15,310 nucleotides of DNA from an uncultured bacterium (lineage in GTDB: Bacteria > Abyssobacteria > SURF-5). The notes beneath the pieces were generated by a model. The model saw nothing but the letters and a program-made list of their open reading frames with translations, was not told the origin of the DNA and made no database searches. This document shows positions 1-6,834 of the stretch, in pieces; the stretch's first letter is position 1; every line of letters starts with the position of its first letter. Where the stretch lies: assembly GCA_964510165.1 (NCBI GenBank), contig CAZEBC010000093.1:1-15310 (forward strand), in the 5' to 3' direction. A program made the position numbers and the translations under genes.

Positions 1-62
1 ACGATGTGGGAATCACGATGTCAACGGGGTCGAAAGGCGAAGAGGGAGGGTGCGAGAAGGCG

Positions 63-1151
63 CTAGCTTCCGAGGAGCATCAGCGTGGCGACGGCCGCGC
101 ATACACGTACGTTCTTCACCGGGTCTTCAAGCATTATCTTGAGGGTGGCGACCGATTCTTTGTGGCCGAGCCGCCCGAGCGCTACGGCAGCATCGGCGCG
201 CATCTGCCAGTTCTCGCTGTCGAGTTTCTCGGCGAGCGCCTTTGCGACCGAGGTGTCGCCGAGCTTGCCGAGAGCGGTGACTGCCATGGACTGTATGGCG
301 GAGTCGGGGTCCTTCAGGGCGTCCACGAGTAGTTCGACCCCGGTCCTGTAGCCGAGCTTTGCCAACGATTCCGAAGCCTTGTATTTCACCCGCTTGTCAT
401 CGTCGACCAGCATTGCCTTAAGAATGGCCATTGCGTTGTCTTCGCCGAGCCTTCCAAGCGCCTCAGCCGAGCTCACACGCACGAGCTTCTCCCTGTCATG
501 CAGGAGCGGCCGCAACGCCTGGACGGCGCTCCGGTCGCCAATCATTCCGAGTGCCCAGGCGCTGCTCGCGCGGACCGGCCAATGCGGGTCGTGAAGCATC
601 GTGCTTATATGAGAAATCGCGGCCAACGACCCTATCTCGCCGAGGCATTCTACCACGAATACCTTCAGTTTCCATGCGCGACGACTGCTGTGGTCGGGAG
701 AACCGGGCGAGATAACGCTGGGAGTCATTCCCAACGTATCCACGAGGACTTTTGAGCCTTCCGTCTCCCCCAATTGACTGAGCGCCTTCGCCGCGTTGAT
801 GCGGACGTAGTCATCTTTATCATTGAGCGCGGCGCGGACCGTGTTTATTTGCTCTTCCGACCCGAGCTTGCCTATCGCATCCACGACCCAGAATCGCACG
901 AAACCATCGCGGTCGAGCATCGCTTCGGCCAATGCATCCAGGGCAGGCTTCAGCACGTCGGCGGGCAGTCGTTCAGCGGCGACTCCGAGGCCCCATGCCG
1001 CGCACGCGCGTGTGCGCCACTCGGAATCGTTCAGCGCGTTCCGCAACAAGACCCAGCAGAAGCGCGCGAGTTGACCCCTGTCCTCGGAGGGAACGGGATT
1101 CCCTTTTTGTCTTTCCTGGTCTTCCGGCTTTTTCTTTGGGTCCGATGGCAT
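63..1151 (-). CDS. HEAT repeat (PBS lyase HEAT-like) protein
   Basis: About ten ~31-aa repeats of the form L.D....VR..AA.ALG.LG (e.g. ALNDKDDYVRINAAKALSQLG, MLHDPHWPVRASSAWALGMIG, LLHDREKLVRVSSAEALGRLG, KLDSENWQMRADAAVALGRLG). ATG at 1151 preferred over TTG at 1157. Confidence 0.9.
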   Translation of the reverse strand: MPSDPKKKPEDQERQKGNPVPSEDRGQLARFCWVLLRNALNDSEWRTRACAAWGLGVAAERLPADVLKPALDALAEAMLDRDGFVRFWVVDAIGKLGSEEQINTVRAALNDKDDYVRINAAKALSQLGETEGSKVLVDTLGMTPSVISPGSPDHSSRRAWKLKVFVVECLGEIGSLAAISHISTMLHDPHWPVRASSAWALGMIGDRSAVQALRPLLHDREKLVRVSSAEALGRLGEDNAMAILKAMLVDDDKRVKYKASESLAKLGYRTGVELLVDALKDPDSAIQSMAVTALGKLGDTSVAKALAEKLDSENWQMRADAAVALGRLGHKESVATLKIMLEDPVKNVRVCAAVATLMLLGS

Positions 1152-1220
1152 GCGCAAGCCTTAATCAAGAGAGGTCCGAAGAAACGGCTCACGGCATCAG
1201 GCGACTCCCTGTTTCGCTTA

Positions 1221-1250
1221 ACACTACCATATTCCTGCCAGCGCTTTCAA
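1221..1250 (-). promoter_or_regulatory. Putative sigma70-type promoter for the HEAT gene
   Basis: Minus strand TTGAAA (1250-1245), 18-nt spacer, TAGTGT (1226-1221) preceded by TGn (extended -10). Confidence 0.45.
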
Positions 1251-1279
1251 GTTACGGGCACGCACACGCACGCCACAAC

Positions 1280-1309
1280 TTGACATAATCCGAAATGTGC
1301 TATTATATA
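1280..1309 (+). promoter_or_regulatory. Putative sigma70-type promoter for the plus-strand cluster
   Basis: Perfect TTGACA at 1280-1285, then TGcTATTAT (extended -10, hexamer 1301-1306, 15-nt spacer) or TATATA at 1304-1309 (18-nt spacer). Confidence 0.55.
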
Positions 1310-1338
1310 GATGATCGTCAGGCCAACCGTAACCGAAA

Positions 1339-1371
1339 CCCCTCACCCTCAGGGAGGGTTGGGGTGAGGGG
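1339..1371. repeat. BoxC-like palindromic element (perfect 10-bp inverted repeat)
   Basis: CCCCTCACCC (1339-1348) and GGGTGAGGGG (1362-1371). The minus strand reads CCCCTCACCCCAACCCTCCC, resembling the CCCCTCACCCnAACCCTCTCCC repeat family as I recall it. Confidence 0.65.
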
Positions 1372-1428
1372 GAGAATCACGACGCAGTTTCAAGAAACTG
1401 ATACTTGGTGGCGCAAAGAGGCTCTTTG

Positions 1429-1830
1429 ATGAAGTCTCCCGAGCTTGACAATCTACTTGAGAAACTCCGCAAGGCTGGTCATGGAACGGTGATCAAGCTT
1501 GGGATGATGAATGCCGGCGCTCCCGTCGAGGGCATCATCATTGAGCCGGGCGCCAAGAGGCCTTCCGGCTACGAATCGGGCGTATTCGTGACGGTTCCTT
1601 CCGACCCCGGCCATCTCTACTATCTCGATCCTCAGGCCTCAAGAGAGCAGGGAAAACTCGTTTTTCAGGTCATTGACTTGAAGGTGTCGGGCGCCGAGGC
1701 GCGGGAGGAGAATACCGAGGAGTATCTCAAGCAGTTCGAGTACCTTTGGCGCGCGCCGGACATCAAGCGCGGCGGCGGGGCGACCGGGGAAAAGTGCTCA
1801 AAGCATAAGGGCATTGTGGAAGTAGGCTGA
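1429..1830 (+). CDS. Hypothetical protein (133 aa, soluble)
   Basis: Open frame with protein-like composition and G/C-rich third positions. AGAGG lies upstream of ATG 1429; alternative TTG start at 1405. No family recognised. Confidence 0.7.
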   Translation: MKSPELDNLLEKLRKAGHGTVIKLGMMNAGAPVEGIIIEPGAKRPSGYESGVFVTVPSDPGHLYYLDPQASREQGKLVFQVIDLKVSGAEAREENTEEYLKQFEYLWRAPDIKRGGGATGEKCSKHKGIVEVG

Positions 1831-1841
1831 GCAAGCAGTCT

Positions 1842-3656
1842 ATGGAATGTTCTCCGACATCTTCCTGCGGCCCGGAGCGGTGGCGCCTCGCGTTTCTGGT
1901 TATAACCTTCCTCGCTTTCGTCACTGCATCGGTTTCCTACAGCGTCGTCATACCGGTCTTCGAATCTCAGGACGAAGAGCACCATTTCTATTTCATCAAG
2001 TTTATTTCAAACGAGATGCGGCTGCCGGACTATCGCCGTCTTGAGGACTTGGCCTCTGCGGGAAACCAGGCGATTCAGACTCCGCTCTACTATTTCTTCC
2101 AGGGACTGTTGCTGAACATCTCCGGCAAGAGCCACATCGACTTCGAATTCGAGCCGAATCCTTTCAGAAGCGACGGCATCGCGGCCATATACTATCATAA
2201 CCAGCCCGGAGAAGGGTTCCCCTATGCCGGCAAGTTTCGAGCCTTGCATCTATTGAGGCTTACCAACGTCGCTGCGGGCGTTCTCGCGCTTCTCGTCATT
2301 TACAGGTCACTGCAACTTGTTCCCTTTCTCACGGATGGCTTCCGTCTGGCCACTCTCGCGTTCGTGGGGCTTATTCCCCAGTTCACGTATCTATGCGGGA
2401 CATTGAATAACGACGTGTTCTCGATCTTGTTCGCGAGCCTTTCCTTGTTCTTTCTCATGAAGTTGCTGCTCGACCCGGGCGCCCCCGTAAAGCATGTGGC
2501 CTTCATGGCGGTTGCGCTGGGGGCGGCAATCATGAGCAAACAGATGACGCTCTCCTTCCTGCCCGTGTGTTATTTCGCCGCGCTTTACAGAGGGCCGAAC
2601 CGCAAGCGAATCCTGCATGGCCTCGTGCTGACCGGCGTTCTCGTGGCGCTCGTTGGGTGGTACTACGCCCGGAACTGGCTGCTCTTCGACGACCCGTTCA
2701 GCACGAAGACGCTGGAGGCGGTCGTCCCGAACCTGGTTCAAAAGAAATCACTGGCACAACTCGGGGAGTATCTCTTTGACCACTTTACACCGTCATTCAT
2801 AACCAGCTTTTGGGGAAGTTTCGGCTATATGACGGTATGGCTTCACTGGAATATCTATCTTGTCTACAATCTTGTCGCGGGACTTGGACTCCTTGCATTC
2901 GTTAGTGGACTTCTGGACCGTGACTTCAGACAGCGATTCTCTCGAAATGAAAAAACGGCGTTCGCATTCCTGGCGGCATCCCCCCTTTTTCTCCTGGCCG
3001 AGATAATCTCATACAACCTTTCCTTTTCTCAGCCGCAGGGCAGATACGCTTTCAATGCTCTCACTTGTCTGGCGGTCTTCTGGGGTTTGGGAATGGATCG
3101 GGTATTTAAGGGAAGGCGAACCCCTCTGCATATCGTGTGCTTGCTGCTGATCATCGGGTTTGCGTTCCTGAACCTTTCGACGCTTTTCATAAGCGTCAGA
3201 AAGTCCTTCCCGAGGTTGCCGAACGTCCTTGATGTCGTCCAGAACCGGGTGCAGGTGAATTTCGGCCCATTGACACGCGCGTCCACGGTGGGACAGGTCT
3301 TTCATTGCTCCATAGACGGACTCGACCAGATAGGGGTCATGTTCACGACCTATAACCGTTACAACAACTCGCACATCGTCTTTCGCTTGAGGAACCTGAA
3401 CGATCCTGCGCGCGACCTGTTCACTCAGAGAATCCCCGCGAGCAGCCTCCGACACAATACCTATCACATATTCAAGTTTCCTCCGCAGGAGTCCCTGGGC
3501 AGGGACTACCTTTTCCTGCTGGAATTTCCCGACGCCACCGAGAGTCAGGCGGTGAGCTGTTTCTACACGGTGTCCGATACATTCCCGGGAGGCAACGCGA
3601 TACTTAACAACCAGACCCTTCCGGGAGACCTCACATTCATAACGGGCAGGACTTGA
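1842..3656 (+). CDS. GT-C fold membrane glycosyltransferase (DUF2142/ArnT-PMT-like) with C-terminal extracytoplasmic domain
   Basis: Many hydrophobic TM segments; acidic motif after TM1 (ESQDEEHH, cf. PDE..H); QTPLYY, NND, SK, WYYARNW, SFWGSFG and QPQGRY motifs; soluble beta-rich tail of about 140 aa. Confidence 0.75.
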   Translation: MECSPTSSCGPERWRLAFLVITFLAFVTASVSYSVVIPVFESQDEEHHFYFIKFISNEMRLPDYRRLEDLASAGNQAIQTPLYYFFQGLLLNISGKSHIDFEFEPNPFRSDGIAAIYYHNQPGEGFPYAGKFRALHLLRLTNVAAGVLALLVIYRSLQLVPFLTDGFRLATLAFVGLIPQFTYLCGTLNNDVFSILFASLSLFFLMKLLLDPGAPVKHVAFMAVALGAAIMSKQMTLSFLPVCYFAALYRGPNRKRILHGLVLTGVLVALVGWYYARNWLLFDDPFSTKTLEAVVPNLVQKKSLAQLGEYLFDHFTPSFITSFWGSFGYMTVWLHWNIYLVYNLVAGLGLLAFVSGLLDRDFRQRFSRNEKTAFAFLAASPLFLLAEIISYNLSFSQPQGRYAFNALTCLAVFWGLGMDRVFKGRRTPLHIVCLLLIIGFAFLNLSTLFISVRKSFPRLPNVLDVVQNRVQVNFGPLTRASTVGQVFHCSIDGLDQIGVMFTTYNRYNNSHIVFRLRNLNDPARDLFTQRIPASSLRHNTYHIFKFPPQESLGRDYLFLLEFPDATESQAVSCFYTVSDTFPGGNAILNNQTLPGDLTFITGRT

Positions 3657-3743
3657 TTGGGCATGGAGAAAGCGATATCATGGAGTTGGACAACATTCGG
3701 GGCGAGCGAATTCCGTCATCGCATGCGGGAAAGGTGAGGCGCA

Positions 3744-4214
3744 ATGAGCGAAGACAAATACGCGAAGTATGAAAAGTATCGGCCACTGGTGGAATCGATC
3801 GAACTTTTCGAGGGCATCGAGTTCAACAACTGCATCAAAATCATGGCGATGGCCCTTCAGTCGAAGATCATGCCGGGCGACGTCATCTTTCACAAGGGCG
3901 ACGTTGGTCACGAGATGTACGTGCTCTTGAAGGGCAGGGTGGAGATACTCGATGAGGGGCCTGGAGGCGATAAGACGCTGGCCCTGCTTGGCCCGGGCGA
4001 GACCTTCGGCGAGATGGCGCTGTTTGACCGCAAGGAACGCTCGGCCAAGGCGGTCGCTCTGGACAGCTGCGTCCTGCTCGCCCTCGACGAGGAGAAAATT
4101 CAAAGGCTGCTGACCAAGAGCGTCGCCATCCGGCTCCTGCTAAACCTCGCGAAGATGCTCTCCAGACGCCTGCGCGACACCAACGTGCTGCTGGCCCGCG
4201 CGAAACAGCACTGA
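3744..4214 (+). CDS. Stand-alone cyclic nucleotide-binding domain protein (no HTH)
   Basis: GDVIFHKGD...MYVLLKGRVEI and phosphate-binding cassette GETFGEMALFDRKERSA; ends after the C-helix (LSRRLRDTN). RBS-like AAGGTGAGG upstream. Confidence 0.92.
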   Translation: MSEDKYAKYEKYRPLVESIELFEGIEFNNCIKIMAMALQSKIMPGDVIFHKGDVGHEMYVLLKGRVEILDEGPGGDKTLALLGPGETFGEMALFDRKERSAKAVALDSCVLLALDEEKIQRLLTKSVAIRLLLNLAKMLSRRLRDTNVLLARAKQH

Positions 4215-4280
4215 TGGTGTCTTAGGAAGACATGTCCTTGCCTTTCCCGGCGCAGCCGGCGGGCTTCTGTCACATTAGAA

Positions 4281-4295
4281 TTATAATCAATATCA
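4281..4295. promoter_or_regulatory. Putative Fur/PerR-family operator (7-1-7)
   Basis: TTATAAT-C-AATATCA matches 12/14 to the Fur box TGATAAT-N-ATTATCA and 12/14 to the Per box TTATAAT-N-ATTATAA. Confidence 0.45.
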
Positions 4296-4318
4296 TTGTT
4301 TAAGGGTATTTGCTGGAA

Positions 4319-4347
4319 TTGACGCATATCCTGAATTCTGTTAGTAT
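4319..4347 (+). promoter_or_regulatory. Putative sigma70-type promoter of the GRE gene
   Basis: TTGACG (4319-4324), 17-nt spacer, TAGTAT (4342-4347) with extended TGn; RBS AAGGAG at 4384-4389. Confidence 0.65.
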
Positions 4348-4395
4348 TATAAGCGCCGTTCAGAGGCTTATCGGACTAGTACAAAGGAGTATGTA

Positions 4396-6834
4396 ATGGC
4401 TGTAGCCGCACCCCGTTGCCTGAAAACGCGGGCACGCGCCCGGCTTCACTCCCTCCGGGAGATAATGCTCAAGACCCCCTATTCTGTATGCATTCAGAAG
4501 GCTCGCTTGATAACCGAATACATGAAGAGCCGCGAGGGACAGGTTGGCCCGATGATCCTTCGCCGCGCGGGAGCGCTGGCGCATATACTCGATAACGTCG
4601 AGGTCATCATCTATCCCGAAGAATTGATAGTAGGCTCAACGGCAAGCCGCAGGATTGCCGCGATGCTGCACCCCGACCTCTCCGGCCTCCTGCTTTGGCC
4701 CGAGATACACGACCTTCGCACGCGTCCGACCAACCCGCTCCAGATAACTGATGAGGAAATCCGTGTCCTCGAAGAGGAAGTATTCCCCTTCTGGTCTGAC
4801 AAGAGCGTGGCCGCGTATGCCGGCAAGTTCTCGTGTCCCGAACAACCGATGGAGATGCTGATGCAGATTGGCTACTACATCCTCACGCAGTTCGCGGGCA
4901 TCTCTCACATAACCCCGAAGTACGAGAAGGTGGTTAGACAGGGGTTTCTCGGGATTTGTGAGGAAGCCGAGCGGCACATCAATCGGCTCGAGGAAATCGA
5001 ATCCGCCGGGGGTATGACGCCCGAACTCCTTAGCCAATTGCATTTCTATGAAGCAGTTCGTGTGACATCTCAGGCAGCCACGAGGTTCGCCGAACGCTAT
5101 CGCGCGGGGGCGCTCCAACTCGCCGAAGTCACTGCCGACGTGACACGCAGGCAGGAACTGCTTGAGATTGCCGAAGTCCTGGAGCGAGTTCCGGCCCTGC
5201 CCGCGCGGACGTTCCGCGAGGCGGTCCAGTCGGTGTGGCTTGCGCATGTCGTCGTCCATCAGGAAAACTTCCAGCATGGCATCTCGTTCGGCAGACTCGA
5301 CCAGTATTTATATCCTTATTACGCGGCCGACATGGAGGCTGGCAGGCTCGAATACGGCGATGCCGTCGAGCTGCTCGGATGCATGATGGTCAAGTGCGCC
5401 GAAATCCTGCCGCTCTTTAACTCCGTCGGCACGAAATTCTTCAGCGGGCTTTCCTCCGCGCAGGGGATTACTCTCGGCGGCACGAACGAGAGCGGCGAGG
5501 ACGCGACAAACGATCTCAGTTATGCGTTTCTGGACGCATTCGATATGGTGCGTCTGCGCCAGCCCAATCTACACGCGCGCATTCATCCGAAAACGCCCGA
5601 TGAATTCCTCATGAAGATAGCCGATACAGTGAAGAAGGGCGGCGGCATGCCCGCGCTGTTCGGCGACAAGGGCGTCATTCCCGGTTTGTCCCTGCAAGGA
5701 GACACGGCCTCGGACGCATGGGACTACTCGATCGTCGGCTGCGTGGAGCCAAACGTGCAGGGAAAGACGTTTTCCGCGTGCGGAGCCGCCTTCCTGAACC
5801 TCGGCATTGCGCTCGAGATGGCGCTCACCGGCGGCCAAAGCCGCTTCAACGACCTGCGGATCGGCCCCGACACGGGTGACGCGTCACGGTTCACGTCCAT
5901 TGAAGATGTCATCGAAGCGCTGGGCGAACAAATAGCCTTCCTCGTGAGAAACGCCGCCGCTGGCAACACCGCGATCGAGCTTGCCCACATGGATATATAT
6001 CCGACTCCGATGCTGTCCGCGCTGGTGGAGGGCTGCATGGAAAGCGGAAAAGATGTGACTGTCGGCGGCGCCCTCTATAACTTCACCGGCATGCAGGGCG
6101 TCGGCCTGGCCGATGTGGCCGATTCGCTCGCGGCCATTGATGAGCTTGTGTTCAAGCGCAAATCGGTCACCATGGCAGAGCTTCTCAAGGCGCTCGACGA
6201 TGATTACGTCGGCCATGAGCGGCTCCGACAGCAAATACGGAATCACGCGCCGAAGTTCGGAAACGAGAACGAGGCCGCCGACGCTTTCGCCCGCCGGGTC
6301 GCCGACATTTATTCCAAAGAGGTACTCAAGTATCGCAACCCGCGCGGCGGAAACTACGTGCCGGGCTTTTGGTGCATGACCACCCACAACGGCTTCGGCT
6401 CATACCTTGGCGCGTTGCCCAACGGCCGAAAGGCAGGCGCAGGACTGGCGGAGGGCATAACCCCCTCGGCCGGCATGGACAGAAGCGGCCCGACCGCCGC
6501 ATTGAAATCCATCATTTCAGTCGGAATGCAGCGCATCGGAAACGGCTGCACCGTGAACCAGAAATTCTCGCCGTCCGCGCTTGCGGGCGAGAAGGGCAGC
6601 CGCGACCTCGCCTCGCTCATTCGCGCGTATTTCGACCTCGGCGGCATGCATGTGCAGTTCAACGTGGTTGACCGGGAGACCCTCATCGACGCCAGAAAGC
6701 ATCCTGAAAGATACCCCGGCCTGCTGGTGAGAGTATCGGGTTATTCGGCTTATTTCGCCGACCTCACGCCCGAAATGCAGGATGAGATAATCGCGCGCAC
6801 CGAACAGGCGTTCGGCGGAAGTTGCTGCAGCTAA
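4396..6834 (+). CDS. Glycyl radical enzyme (PFL superfamily, single-Cys GCVEP eliminase-like class; substrate unknown)
   Basis: 812 aa; Cys loop YSIVGCVEP (Cys449); glycyl radical loop [12 protein letters not shown] (Gly782); [25 protein letters not shown] and HVQFNVV motifs. Lacks the CC pair of true PflB. Confidence 0.95.
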   Translation: MAVAAPRCLKTRARARLHSLREIMLKTPYSVCIQKARLITEYMKSREGQVGPMILRRAGALAHILDNVEVIIYPEELIVGSTASRRIAAMLHPDLSGLLLWPEIHDLRTRPTNPLQITDEEIRVLEEEVFPFWSDKSVAAYAGKFSCPEQPMEMLMQIGYYILTQFAGISHITPKYEKVVRQGFLGICEEAERHINRLEEIESAGGMTPELLSQLHFYEAVRVTSQAATRFAERYRAGALQLAEVTADVTRRQELLEIAEVLERVPALPARTFREAVQSVWLAHVVVHQENFQHGISFGRLDQYLYPYYAADMEAGRLEYGDAVELLGCMMVKCAEILPLFNSVGTKFFSGLSSAQGITLGGTNESGEDATNDLSYAFLDAFDMVRLRQPNLHARIHPKTPDEFLMKIADTVKKGGGMPALFGDKGVIPGLSLQGDTASDAWDYSIVGCVEPNVQGKTFSACGAAFLNLGIALEMALTGGQSRFNDLRIGPDTGDASRFTSIEDVIEALGEQIAFLVRNAAAGNTAIELAHMDIYPTPMLSALVEGCMESGKDVTVGGALYNFTGMQGVGLADVADSLAAIDELVFKRKSVTMAELLKALDDDYVGHERLRQQIRNHAPKFGNENEAADAFARRVADIYSKEVLKYRNPRGGNYVPGFWCMTTHNGFGSYLGALPNGRKAGAGLAEGITPSAGMDRSGPTAALKSIISVGMQRIGNGCTVNQKFSPSALAGEKGSRDLASLIRAYFDLGGMHVQFNVVDRETLIDARKHPERYPGLLVRVSGYSAYFADLTPEMQDEIIARTEQAFGGSCCS

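Noticed and set aside
3680-3772. 30-codon ORF between the GT-C and cNMP genes
   Set aside because: Short, overlaps the cNMP start out of frame, and has no recognisable features.
4218-4267. Possible terminator or operator after the cNMP gene (TGTCTT-AGG-AAGACA; CCGGC-GCA-GCCGG)
   Set aside because: Stems of only 5-6 bp and no proper U-tract; compatible with chance.
4259-4274. CRP site upstream of the GRE promoter
   Set aside because: Only the TCACA half-site is present, and the neighbouring cNMP protein has no DNA-binding domain.
4396-6834. Calling the GRE pflB, cutC or dhaB1
   Set aside because: It lacks PflB's adjacent CC, has His where CutC has Asp, and appears to lack DhaB1's Asp447/Tyr339/Tyr640 equivalents; no symbol is supportable.
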